Source: Monocercomonoides exilis PA203
Lineage: Eukaryota > Protista > Preaxostyla
Assembly (NCBI GenBank): GCA_001643675.2
Contig: LSRY02000021.1
Span: 496,001 to 560,000, forward strand
Length of the DNA: 64,000 bases
Direction of reading: 5' to 3'
The position numbers and the translations under genes were made by a program. Below, in pieces: positions 24,518 through 37,372 of this stretch. A model generated the notes under the pieces. It searched no databases. It was not told the origin of the DNA and was given only the letters and a program-made list of their open reading frames with translations. Within the stretch, counting starts at the first letter, position 1; each line of letters starts with the position of its first letter.

Positions 24518-27500
24518 TCAAGTAATTGCAAGCGATTTAAATTCTCTTTTTCTTATTTCGCTTGCTTTCTTTCTGATTGTCAATTCATCTTCGTGATCCT
24601 TTTTTCTGATGTTAAAAAAGCTACATATTTGCCCAAATGTTTCTCCAAATGTGCCCTGAACATTAATCCGTTGGCGAACCCACATAGGAAGATTATCGAC
24701 CACTTGCTTATCTCCAAATCGTTTATCAACTAAAATTACAACCCCATAATCATTTCTGTGCCTAATCACTCTTCCTGATAATTGCAAAAAGATTGATTTT
24801 GATAAAGTGGGGAAAAAAGAATATGAGATATGGTATTATCAATAAAAATTGTCATGCCTATTGATTGATTGATCGATCTAAAGCAGAGGTCATTGTAAAC
24901 TTGCTGGCAGAAGTCCGCTCCGTATGTGTCTTGATAAAATTTTAGGCGAGCAGACAAAACAGGATCAGACTTGTTTGGATAAGGCATGCCCACAATCATT
25001 GCGGCTCTGATGGAAAAAAAAATTATTTAAAAAAGAAATTTTCAATTTAAATTATGTTCAATAAAATGAAATTGAAAATAATATAATAATAATAATACAA
25101 ATATTTCATTTTGATTATTTGCTGTTATTTGAATGATAAATGGCATACCTTGCATATCCATCTGCAAAATTGATCCCTTCGCTCATCTTTCCTCCCATCA
25201 CGCAACACAAAATAGCTCCGTTCAAATGCTCCGACTAAATTCATTCGCAAAAAGAAGGGGAAAAGCATCAAGCAAACATACAAAGTATAAAGATCATGTG
25301 ATAATCAAATTTCAATAGTTATAAACCTTCCAAGAGTCATCAATGCATTGTTTGTATTGCTTCAGCTGTTCTTCTCCATTTTCGTCTCTCTTTTCGACAA
25401 AAACCTTTTTGTGCTTTTCTATTTCTGATAGCAGCGATCTCTGGTCTTTGCCCCACTTCATGTTCTGCCAGCAGCGCAGACAACTGTCCATCATCTGAAA
25501 AGAAGAAAAGAAGATTAAAAAGCCATCAAAGATTCGGTGCACAAAGTTCAGAACATGATGGCCCAATGCTTGGAACTGCTGTTGGTTGTCTCGATTGGAA
25601 TAAGTAAAATCCTAATTTTAATTTGAAAAAATAAAAGAAAGAAAAGAAAAAAATTGTTAATTCACAATAAATCGAATTGATGAATGAATGAAAAGTTACA
25701 CTAATTAATCTGGGAATAAGAATAATAGCACACATAAGGCATCAGTTGCCTCTGACTTGTTGAAAAGGATGCAGTATCGTATGATTTCAGTACAAAAGCA
25801 GAAAATTGATTGTCTTTGATGATGTGGTTCCAAGAGTTGAAATAGAAACTTGGAGAAATCAATGGAAGTTTTGCATCGAAAGAAGAGGGAAGAGCTGAAA
25901 AGGGAAGAAGTTGGCCTGCTAATGAACGAATCTGTTGCATTAAAAATAGCATAAATATTAAAAAAATCAAACACAAAGAAGGAAATAGAGAAAAGATATT
26001 GTCAAGTTGAAAACAGCAAGAAGCTTGAAAAAAAGAAGATGAGGCTTAAAATAGTACAAATTTTTTCTCAATGCTCAAACAGAAAGAAAAGATATTTTTT
26101 TTTCTTCTGAATGAAACATACAGGTGAAAGTGTTCCACCCACAAAAACAATCGAGCGAGCAGAAAGAAGAGGAGAAAAGTAGGCAGCGGTGTCAACAAGG
26201 ACGAAATGAAGCATTGTGTCATATAAGCTGAAGGGAGTACTGTTGAGTTGGTTTGAAAGAGAAAATAGAGATGAAGTGATCTCATCATACGCAGATGAAG
26301 ATGAAGAAGATGAAGATGAAGAAGGAGATGAAGAAGATGATGGATCCGTTGTTCGGAAGATGTTTGCTTCTTGCAACAAAGCATTTCTTTCAAACTCCAA
26401 ATCATCATCTTCATCGTAATCAGAATCAAGTGAATTGTATTCATCTGAAGAGTCGTCATCATCATCAGACAAACTATCTTCAGAATGTGATTTCATTCCT
26501 CTTGTTCTCATTCTGCGCGGTTCTGAATTCTCCTCTTCTTTATCCACATTTATCATTTTCATTGCTTCCTCCTCTTTCTTCTTCATTCTCCTTCTTTCCT
26601 TCCTCTCTCTAATCTGCCTCGCCTGTTCCTCTTTCTCCTTAAGCTTTGCCAATGCCCCTTTCTCTCTCTCCTTCTGCTGTACAATTATTCTGCCCTGTGA
26701 ATCTTTCACTGTCAAATACTGCACAAAACGGAAGAATGAACGAAGTGCATTCCTTGGATGAGAAGACAGTATCGCAGACAGATCAGATAGAGACATAACA
26801 GAAAAGATGGAGTGTTGTGAATCAGATGAAGTGGAATTTGAAGAAGGAGAAGAAGAAGTCGATGATGATGATGATGATTGGTTTCTATCTCCAAAGGATG
26901 TACGTTTCTCTGGAGAAGACAATTTATGGTGTATTGAGCTCGGAGAAGACAAGCCAGCTTCGTCTGCAACGTCGCATTCCTGTTTGATTTTCTCCACTGT
27001 GTTGAACAGCTGCTGCATCGGGTGGTGTGTCTCCATCCAGTTTTCAAGGGCAAAGAAGTTTGCATCAATGTGTGTGGATGCAATAAAGCCATCAATCGTT
27101 TCAGATGCAGAATAAACATCGGAAAATTGAGAAAAGCGAGATGAAGAAGAGGCAGACGAAGGGAAAGAAGAAGAAAAGGGGGATTTTGAAGGCTGTTGTG
27201 TTGGAAAATGTGAAGTCAAAAGATATGATATCAAATGAGTGCATATATAATACAATTGAATGTAGTTATCGATATGCTTGGAAACTGTTTTTCTCTCCAA
27301 TTTGGGCTTCAAAAAGAAACATAAAATGAGATATACACAATAAAGCTGATGATATAAAGAAGAATTTGATATTTAGAAAAAATGAAAGTTAATAATTAAA
27401 AAAGCCGTTAATGAAAATACGCATTTAATTGAACAATGAAATACCTGCTGAAGTGTCAATGCAACCGAATAGCATTCATCAACAGCTGATGGGATGTGAT

Positions 27501-28889
27501 GTGCTTCATCAAAGACAATGATTGACTTGTTGGAAATTTCAATTGCAGCAGCTTCGCGTGACTCTTCAAAAGATATTTCATGTCAAATATTATTTAAATG
27601 AAATTATTGAATAAAGAAGCATATAAGAAAATTAACATTTATTCAACTTTTTTAAAAAAATTAATGGTGAAACCTCTGTTAAGAAGATAAGAATATGGAG
27701 CAAGTACGAAATCAGAGTTAACAGCCGCTGCCATTACAGCTTTGTACGGGCATGCCTGCAATTTTGCACCTGCACAATGCAAATCTTCGATGTCCATTGG
27801 AATATGCTTATGTCATTTGAAAAAGTTTATTGAACTCATGCCAGAGAAAACAATATTAAATAATGAATACTTTTATTCTCTGTGCCAAAGTACTTATTGA
27901 ACGATGATTGTCAAAAGGGCATCTTTCTAAAAATGAAGCGAACATGATAAATATCAGAATTGAAAGACGAAAATCTCTCAAAATTGATGATTCGCATACT
28001 TTTGGGATTCTTTTCCTTTTCCATTGAAGCACATGCCTCTTCTATTTGATGCGACTAAATTGATTCAGTTTGACAATCAAATAAATAATCTTTTCAAAAT
28101 ACAAAATAAAAAATCCATACCTTTTTTTTGCAAACACTTTCATTTATGCAAAGAAAAGATCTACTTCCAAGAACGCAAAGAGAGTGGCATCCTCCAAATT
28201 GACATTGCTTAAATTCTGAAACAATTTGCTTTATTTGGGTGTGTGTTCTTGTGCAAATAATTATTTGATTTTCTAGCTCTTTATTATCAATATCCGTTGT
28301 ATCGTCTTCATCGTCGTTTAACTGAAGTTCTTGAAATCCATCAACATAATCATCCAAATATTCCTAAAAGTTAATTAAAAAATGGAACATTAAAAAACAA
28401 TGAATGAATAATATGAATGAATCAAATAATGATTAAACATCTTTTGAATATGTTTGTTCGTCATCATAGCCATCTGTTTGAACCAATTGCAGTTGTCGAG
28501 CTTGTTTTCGTTTGAAGCGCTGATATTTCGCTCGAAGAACTTTTTTGTCTTTAGCCAATTTTGAAAAGGCATCACTTGCTTTATCGTCGTTATGCTCTTT
28601 TTCAGAGCTTCCCTTATGTTCTTCTGAAAGAATTCCATTTGTTGAATCTCTAAGATATGCTCTAAGAGAGCAAAGAAGACTAAGAGTTTTTCCCTAATAC
28701 GATCTAATTGAAGTATTCGAATATAAAATAATTGAAAAATAATACAGTTCCTGTTGGACTTTCTAAAAATGCGTATTTGCCGTGCTGAACGCAATTATAC
28801 ACAGCATCCATAAATTCAACTTGAATGAAATATGGATCGTAAGGAAATGAGTATTTATCTTTTGCATTTTTTATTACATCTTCGTCCAT
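24518..28889 (-). CDS. DDX11: DDX11/Chl1-like Rad3/XPD-family Fe-S DNA helicase, multi-exon
   Basis: Motifs [19 protein letters not shown](GKTLSLLC), [38 protein letters not shown] and [26 protein letters not shown] occur in order across roughly a dozen exons. The N-terminal and GMPYPN/NQSIGR motifs fit the Chl1/DDX11 subfamily best. Confidence 0.85.
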
Positions 28890-28985
28890 GCAAAATAAAA
28901 AAACAAATACTGAATGCTCGAAGAAAAAAAGCAAAACAAAAAATAAAAAATAAAAATTTTATAAAGGGTAAACAATATGGTTGGT

Positions 28986-29636
28986 TCATAATGTTTTGAG
29001 AAAGGCTTTTTTGAATTCTGCAAAATTTAATTTCCCGTCTTTATCTTTATCTGCTGCTTTTATTATGGCTTCGTAATGCTTTGAATCAACAGGTTCTCCT
29101 TCACTAACAAGTTCAGCAGCCTTAATCAAAGCAGCATGGTCAACATATCCTTTGTGTTCATCATCAATTAATCTGAAAGAAGATAATGCTTCTTCATTTG
29201 CTTGAACGAGAGCCTAGAACAAAAAGTTAAAATTCGATTTTCATTTAAAATTTTGAATAAAACATTAATTGCTAACCATTTTAGCTAAAACAAAATCTGT
29301 AAAATGTTCAAAATCAACACTTCCATCTTCGCCATATTTTTCAACGAGTTTATTAATTTCATCTATCTTTGTTGGATATCCAAGGATTAGCATGGCAAAT
29401 TTTATTTCACTTGGTTCAAGAGTTCCATTGTGATCGGTATCAAAAAATTCAAACGCTTCAAAAATCATTTGCCTTCTTTGAGCCTCGAGACCAACTTTTT
29501 GAATGTTAGCAGAAGCTGGAATTTTTGGATACTGAAAAAAAAACAGTTTAATTGTTAAAATCTAAAGGCAAACGTAATCTTCAACTGAGTCCAAAATTTT
29601 CTTTCTTCTAATTTCTATATCATCTATTTCTGACAT
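28986..29636 (-). CDS. Centrin/calmodulin-like EF-hand calcium-binding protein (3 exons)
   Basis: Exons 29636-29574, 29531-29277 and 29213-28986. EAFEFFDTDHNGTLEPSEIKFAMLILG (centrin-like EF1), GSVDFEHF, FRLIDDEHKGYVD and ADKDKDGKLNFAEFKK. Confidence 0.85.
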
Positions 29637-30374
29637 TGTAAATATTTATTTTCGTTGTAAAGCTGAGGGAATTACCCCCAAACCCCAACTCAAAAAACCA
29701 AAACCATATTAAATTTCACAAATTCATCGAATAGTGACAATTGAAAAAATATTTCAATAAAAGAAAATATATATTTATAAAACAAAAGAAATTTAATTTT
29801 TTGAAATTGGATTTTTATTCTTTTTGAATCAGCAAAATTTTAAAAGCTGAAAACGAATTTTTGTGAAATAATTCTTGGTGTTGAATATAGTTCGTGAAAT
29901 GAATAAAATATTCATTTGTAATAACAAGCAAAATTTTAACTAGAACAGAAACGATTGAGGCTTCTGCATTTTAATGTCTTTCTTGAGGAATATCTTACAA
30001 CACAGAGCATGCAATAACGAAACGGAAGTTAAAAAAAAACTTTCGCATCGGCACAATTTCAAAATGGATAAAAAGCAATTTATAATCTAAGGGAAAAAAA
30101 GTAAACAAAACGCCAAATGATGAGTGAACATAGATAGCAATATATCTAAAAACAGAAAAACGATAATTCGAACAAAAAAATACTACTTTCATAGGTTGTC
30201 AAATCAACCTAAATGTGTAAGCTAATGTATAGGTATATATATATAAACAAATGAAAAGCATTTCTTAATTCACTTCCGTTTCACAACAGTTTTATAAAAA
30301 ATGAAAGGCGAAAAAAAAATAAGAAAAGAAAAGAAAAGAAAAGAAACGAAAAGAAAATTTTTCTTTCTAAGTTT

Positions 30375-30864
30375 TCATTGCGAGTTAGAAGAAAGAGAAG
30401 GAGAAGGAGAAGGAGAAGAATAGCGTGGAAGAGATGTATCAGACGAAGGGGTGCATGAAGGAGAGAGTTGGGGTGTGGATGAAGGCGAATCTGCAGCTTG
30501 TTGAGCAGCCTCAGCAGCAGCACTGGGAGAACTTGGTGTTGCTGGTGGATCTTTCGCATTGAAGTCACATTTTGAAGCATCAGAAGCAGAAGCAGAAGAA
30601 GAAGAAGAAGAAGAAGAAGGTGTGACTGATGTTGCATTAGAAGCAACATCTTCAGTTTGATTTTCTGTTGATTTGTTGGATTGATCATTAGCAACGGCAT
30701 TTTCTGTGTTATTCTTCTTTCTCAATGGTTCCCTTCTTGCTTTGAGCACTGGTGGATCACCCATTGGCCACATCGGCCCAAGTATTTCTTCCACATCCAT
30801 CGAAGACACAAGAGAAGATGATGCTTCATTCCCAGATGATGCTAACAAAGAAGGAGAAGAAGAA

Positions 30865-30900
<36 letters not shown>

Positions 30901-32869
30901 TGCTGTCCTGTCTGATGTAGTGCTTGCCTTCTGCCTGACAGCTGCTTCAAGCATTCATCCAGCGACAGAAATGTTTTCATAATGTGATCTTCGTCTTTTT
31001 TGATCTCTTCTGCTTCCATTTCTGGAATCTCCGAGAAAAACGTGTTCTGATCCGGGATGTTGTAGCACGTCACTCTTCGATTCGCTGGCAGTGTCATTTC
31101 AATAGGCGACAGCAAATCCAGTCCAAAGTTCATCTTCCACCTGCCCTCTGGATGGAAGATGCGTTCTTCATCTGTCCTCGGAACAGGGTCAAAATGGAAA
31201 AAGCGCTGCCTCCAGCCCTTCTGAGCATCCTTTCTCATCTTCGCCTTCTGCCTCTCTCTCACCTCGACTGTGATCTTCTCTTCCTTTGCCGTGTCGTAGT
31301 CCATCTTCTGCAGCGCTTCTGTCAGTTTCTGCCAGACAACACGCGACTCACAGGGCTGCTGGTGGGGCAGCGCCAGTGTCAGCTTAGAGAGATAGGGCGA
31401 GTGCTGCATTGAGAAGAAAACAAAGGTGTCCAATGGAAGAGAGGAAGGCAGAGGCTCTAATGTGGCTGATTCACTTGCTGATGCTGTGGATGATGAGGAG
31501 GAGGATGATGATGATGATGTTTTTTCTTCTTTCTCTCGTTTTTTCTCTTCTAATTTTTCTTTCTTTCTTTCCGATTTCTCTTCAGCTTTCTCTTTCTTTC
31601 GATCAGCTTTCTCTTTTTTCTCTCTGTTTTTCCGCTCCTCTTTCGTCTCTTTCGATTCTCTTTCTTTCCTAAGCTCGTTTTCTTTGTCATCCTCACGCCA
31701 CTTTTGATGCATCTGGCTCTGAATTTCAGCATATTCTGCTGGAACAGCGTATGAAACAGGGGTACGATGGTCAACTGCGAATGATAAATCTGTCCAGTCT
31801 CCACTCGCTGTAATAATAGGTCCTTCTTTTGGCCATGTTTCTGAGCCAGGAACTTTGGAGTAATCTCCTTTCCATCCTTTTATCCGCTTTATTTTCATTT
31901 CAAATTGATTATACTTCCCTCCAAATGTGGGCTTGGCAAGAAAGTTGAATTTTGATATTAATCCGGTTTGTTGGCATTGAATGAAAGTCTTTCCAACTGT
32001 CTCCATTCGCATTTTCCCAAAGAGAATTCCACGAGCAAGAAATCCAGGATACTTCAAGCAATATGTCTCTCTACGTTGCAGAAGATGTGCAAAAATGGTA
32101 CCAACCATATATGTTCCCACAGTATTTCCGGAAAAGCTTGACTTTGCTCTCATGTGACCCTCAACAACATATCCTCCATCAATATTTTCAAAATAAAATG
32201 TAGAAATTGGAGGGTGATGAGAGACTTGTTCGGAAAGATACCATGTTCTCGTTCCATCGGGATGATCCCAGTAACAACGGAAAAATTCTCCCAGTGTAGG
32301 ATTGTAAGGCTTCCTCACTTTTCTTGTTCTAATATGGAATCCAGAGAGGAAAAAGCGAGAAATATGAGTTAATCTATCAACAGGATCGTCCAAAGTGAGT
32401 GCATGACGAAGTATTTCAAGATGGGAAAAAAGATTTCCTGTTGACTCAATAAAAGATTTTGATTCACAAATGAATGCAGGCACTATTATTTTTTATGACA
32501 AAGGTATCGGAATATTGCGAAGCTTCATAAATTTCACGATATACAAAAAAGTGCACACATGTTACTCTTGTCAAATCCATTCCAAAAGTGACTTGCTTCA
32601 TAAGATCCATAAAAATGCTTCTTGGTTTTTCATCAAGCACTGCAAAAAGTATGAAAATGAAAAACTTAATGATTTTGTAGTGCACACCTTCTTCAGGATC
32701 ATAGACAGCCTTCATTGTAAGTTTATCTTTTTCCGAGTCATCTGCAATCAGAGCAGTCGAATCATCTTTTGTTTGTATCATTAAAAAATTCAAATAATAA
32801 TTCGGATTATTGATTTTCCTTAATTTATAATTTTCGGAAAAGTTAACCATTATAACTTATTGATGACAT
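30375..32869 (-). CDS. Oxysterol-binding protein-related lipid transfer protein (short ORD-only, Osh6/7-ORP5/8-like) with charged and Ser-rich insertions
   Basis: OSBP signature EQVSHHPP, KPYNPTLGEFF, GMDLTRVTLPAFICE (split by an intron), ESRVVWQKLTEAL and EKITVEVRER. The 5' exons are approximate. Confidence 0.9.
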
Positions 32870-33339
32870 TTTTATTAATCAATCTCTTTTTCATATTAAA
32901 TTGCATTTGCTTTTCTAAAAAATCAGAAGGGAATATTGAAGTAACTCAATTATACTTAAAATTATTGTTGAAATGAATATTACAATGAAAAATTGAATGA
33001 AAAAAGCTATCTAAAAAGTTTAAGTCAAGAGCCCACAAATAGAATCTTCAAATTTTTAAAAAATGAGCAAAACAAAAGAAGGAAAAGGCTAAAAAAGAGG
33101 AGCATCACTTTCCCAACATTCACAGGTCATTCAATTTCGTAAAAAATTGGATGTACAATAAGAAATTCAAAGATAGTCTCAGCAACGTCGAAGTGATGTG
33201 ACGTTGCAGTGTGGATGATGCAGATTATTTGGGGATTGTCATTCAGAATGATAAGAGAAAGTGCAAATGAATAAAAGAAATACTTCAAAAATAAAAAAAA
33301 AACACTAAAAAAAAACAAAGAAGAGGAGAGAGAAAGAAA

Positions 33340-33445
33340 GAAAGAGAAAGAGAAAGAGAAAGAGAAAGAGAAAGAGAAAGAGAAAGAGAAAGAGAAAGAG
33401 AAAGAGAAAGAGAAAGAGAAAGAGAAAGAGAAAGAGAAAGAGAGA
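33340..33445. repeat. (AAAGAG)n hexanucleotide microsatellite
   Basis: About 16 tandem AGAGAA units, directly visible downstream of the phosphatase gene. Confidence 0.95.
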
Positions 33446-33820
33446 TAAATAGAAGTTACGCGAAAGAAATAAGGTTGGAATAACCAAAAGTAAAGAATAT
33501 CATAGAAGTATATAGAAGTGTATAGAAAATCACAAACTATGAGATATAAAGAGAGAGAAAGAAGATAATGCAGATGAACATTAGTGTGATTAATTGCTCA
33601 AGTTGAAGATCATTTCGACCTCAAAACTCAACTCAAAAATATCATTCATTCGCAGCTTCCTCTCTTTTTTATTAGCCTTTTTTTTTTTATTTCCTTCTTA
33701 TTTTTTTTTTCCTTCCTCTTCTTCTTCTTCTTCTTCTTCTTCTTCTTCCTCTTTCTTCCTACCTTCCTTTTCCCATTGCCATTCCACATTTCCACTGCAC
33801 GATCCTCTCCTTCTCATCTC

Positions 33821-36800
33821 CTACATCACATTGCAGGCAGCTATCTCATAGTATGTTTTGCACTCTGGATGGACAACTGCATCAAACTGATGAAATTCCA
33901 CATCCAACTCGCTATTCGCCTCTTGCTTCTCTTCCTCTGTCATCTCCTCTTCTTTCTCTTTTTTCTCTCCTTTGCCTTCTTTCTCTTCTCCTTTCCCTTT
34001 CTTATCCTTCCCTTTCTTCTTCCCTTTCCCTTTCTTCTTCTTTTCTCCTTCGTTTTTGTCTTCTGAAGGCGATGTTGAAGAGCTGGCTTGTTCATCTCCT
34101 TCTTTCTTTTCGTCTTCTGTTTCTTCTTTTTTCTCGTCTTCTTCTTCTTCTTCGCCTTTCTCTTTATCTTTTTTCTCTTTTCCTTCCTCTTCCTCCTTCG
34201 CTTTCTCTTCTTCTTCCTCCTCTTCCTCTTCCTCTTTTCCTTTCTCTTCTTTCTCCTCTTCTTTCTTCTCATTCTCTCCTTCCCCTTCCTTCTTCTCTTC
34301 TTCTCCTTCATCACTTCCTCCTTTTCCTTTAGCCTCTTGCTCTTCTCTTTCTTTCTCTTCTCTTTCTTTCTCTTCTTTTTCTCTCCTTTCCACATCACAT
34401 CGTCTGCGCAGAATAAGAAAGCCAGCCTTGTTTCGCTGCTCGCAATAGTTTGGCGCTGAAAAGATTGTTATCTGAAGATTTGATAGAAAAAGTTTGTTTT
34501 AAAAAAAGAAAAGAAAAGAAAAGAAAAGAAAAGAAAAGAAAAGAAAAGAAAAGAAAAGAAAAGAAAAGAAAAGAAAAGAAAAGAAAAGAAAAGAAAAGAA
34601 AGAAATGAAAAAGATAATAAGCATAGCAAAAGGAGTTATTTTCAAAGAAATATAAAGTCAAAAAAAGAAAGATAAAATAAGACAAGACAAGATAAGAAAA
34701 GAAATATTCAATTAGAATAACAATATCAATGAAATATGGAAGAACAAGTGATGTCTTCATACAAGATGCCCGTCGTGCTCAACAGTATAACCTTCTTCTC
34801 TCATCTCGTGTGATCGGATAAACAGCGAAAGACGATTTTCTTCCAGAAAGTACTGAAATAAATAACGATGAATAAGGCAGGAGGATACATTAACAGAATA
34901 AAAGAAGGAAAAATAAAATTGAAATGAATATTTTTTTTAAAAAAAAAAACCAAAAATAAAAGCGTAAAAAATGAACAAATAATTAATTAATTAAAAGACA
35001 GATATTAAATCGTTTTTTTGAATTTTATTCTTTCTTTTTCCTATCGAAATAGCAAACTTTTGTGACATTCGGTCCAAAATTGCACCCAAATGGACGAAGT
35101 GTTTCTTGAATGCCTGTCATTTGCATAGGATCAGACCACTAATTTTCCATGTTAAAAAAAAAGAAAGTTAGAATAAAAAGAAAAGAAGAAAGAAAGAAAG
35201 AAAGAAAAAGCCAATGAAAAATAAACAGGAATGAAAAAATGGAATAAGAATTGTTAATGATGTGCATTTGGTCAATATCATTGAAAAGAATGTGACAATT
35301 GAACGTTCAAAAATATTGAAAAAAAAAAATAAACATTTATGGAGGAAATATATTTAATGAATATTTTGTTCAAGAAAGAATGCGAAAACTTTTCACAAAC
35401 CAACATCTGAGCCATCAGCAGCTCTCCGCCTTCTTCGCCAGGCTCAGTGAAGCGGTTAATTTTATTGATGTCTGCGATTGTATATCCCAACTTCTTGAAC
35501 AGCCCGCCGTGCTGTGTTGAAAGTGAGGACAATTTGAAGCAAGCACATTATAAAAACGTTATTATGCATTAATTGTTTCAGAAGAAAGAATTAACATAGA
35601 TTTGGGATACAGATAAAATCAATAATATAAATGACAAGTCGTATGAAATAAATTGGAATTAGAAAAAAAAATTGTCTTTTCATTATAAACATACTGTCAC
35701 AAATGCCTTTTTGTTAATAGTTGCACAAATAGGCAACGACGCGAAAGTATCGAGAAAACGATTGTATATATCTTCATTATACTTGTCAAGCACCTATTGT
35801 ATTATTCAATCAACATCAAAGAATATAAATCATCAAAAGTTTAAAAAAAAGTAATTATGTTTTGTATCAATATGTATCGAAAAATTAAACATATATTTCT
35901 TTAAATTCAATATCAAAAAAAAAAATGCAAATTTTATTGATGGTGCTTCAAATCTTTTCTGAAAAAAAATTCTGCAAATGCAACGCAAGCTCACCTCATT
36001 CTTAAAGCCATAGTCGGTTGTACACATCTCTGCTTCGTGATTTCCCCTCAATAAATAAATTGCATTTGGCGAAGCCAATTTTATCGCGAAAAGTGTTAAT
36101 GCATTCTATATAAATCGAATTGCAAAAGTAATTTGAAAAGAAACAAAGAATAAAATACAATGAAACATATGTGAATAAAAGTGAAATAAGAATAATAAGT
36201 TGAGAAAATTACCTCTGATCCAAATGATCCTCTATCAACAAAATCGCCATTGAAAAGGTATGGATTATCTTCTGAAGGAAATCCGTTTATATCAAAAAGA
36301 TGAAGTACATCAAAATATTGTCCATGTGTATCCCCCTAATTCAAATTTAACAAGCACATTATATATATAAATTAACTTATTTAAATTTTGAAAAGGTAAT
36401 ATTTAAATTGCATGCCACAACAGTTAGATGTCCATCACGAGGAATTGTAATTTCAACACAATTAGGTAAAGGTGTCAGAAGCATTCGTGTTTGCTCCAAT
36501 AAATGTTTTGCTTGTGAATTTTTCATTCTTTTTTGTTGTTTGAAAGCATCTATAAGTTTATCTGTTTTCAAAAAAAGAATATAAAATGAATTCAAAACAA
36601 ATTTTGAAGATTAGGCACACATGCATAATCATAAGTTATTGGATTGGGAACATCAAGAGAATCTATTTGAAAAGAGTGAATATAATAAGTAAAAGTTATG
36701 AAGTATACAAATATCAGTCTTCATAAACAAATACATACCAGCCTCGTTCTTTCAAGTTTGAAATTATTATTTCCAAATAATTATTATTCAAATGCATATT

Positions 36801-36896
36801 TTCTATTCGAATTGTGTAACAAATTTAATCACACCTTCTTTCGGAACCAGGACATTTCCAGTTTTTTACCACTTCAAGATCTTCCCATACACCCAT
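33821..36896 (-). CDS. PPP-family Ser/Thr phosphatase with a PP5-like catalytic domain, no TPR domain, a large E/K-rich insertion and a C-terminal CNVM
   Basis: Spliced motifs [70 protein letters not shown] and [10 protein letters not shown]. Probable ATG at 36896 ([10 protein letters not shown]...), stop TAG at 33823-33821. Confidence 0.88.
34505..34603. repeat. (AAAAG)n pentanucleotide microsatellite, intronic
   Basis: About 19 perfect AAAAG units. On the transcribed (-) strand it reads (CTTTT)n just upstream of the acceptor of the last phosphatase exon. Confidence 0.95.
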
Positions 36897-37372
36897 AAAT
36901 TTATAATTTTCTTATGATTTTTATGAGAAATAGTTTTTCTTGATATGCATTGCTTTGTTCATCAATAAAAAAAGAATCATGTGTAACTGTTCAAAATATA
37001 TTTTTTCTTTTAAGGTATAAAATAACAAACTTTCATATTAATCATAATATTAATCTCATAATTCTTATTTTTTCAAAAATTAAGAAACAACTAAAAAAAA
37101 TCATTTTTATGAAATTGAATTAGAAAAAAATGAGTATCAAACTGAAAGATGACAAATTAACAAAAACTTAAAGGATTCATTGAGATGATCGTTGTGACTG
37201 AATTTTTCAAAGTTCATGTGAATACTGAATGAAAATTGATTCTCCTGAATAATACTGGAGATGCGTTGGAAAGCTTATGCAAAGCATTCTCTGTTTTTTT
37301 ATTAACTTCAACTGATATCGATTTTCAATTTCTACTGTTTTTTTTTTTTTTTTTTTTCACATAAATAGTTTT

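Noticed and set aside
24518-28889. XPD, FANCJ or RTEL1 assignment
   Set aside because: FPY.PY.IQ..FM, LGSR..LCINE.V and GMPYPN best match my recollection of Chl1/DDX11. FANCJ/RTEL1 cannot be fully excluded without a phylogeny.
33127-33318. Short ORF and 8-bp hairpin (gcaacgtc...gacgttgc, 33182-33207) as an extra phosphatase exon, snoRNA or SECIS
   Set aside because: There is no suitable AG acceptor, no convincing C/D box pair or SECIS core, and a single 8-bp stem is expected by chance.
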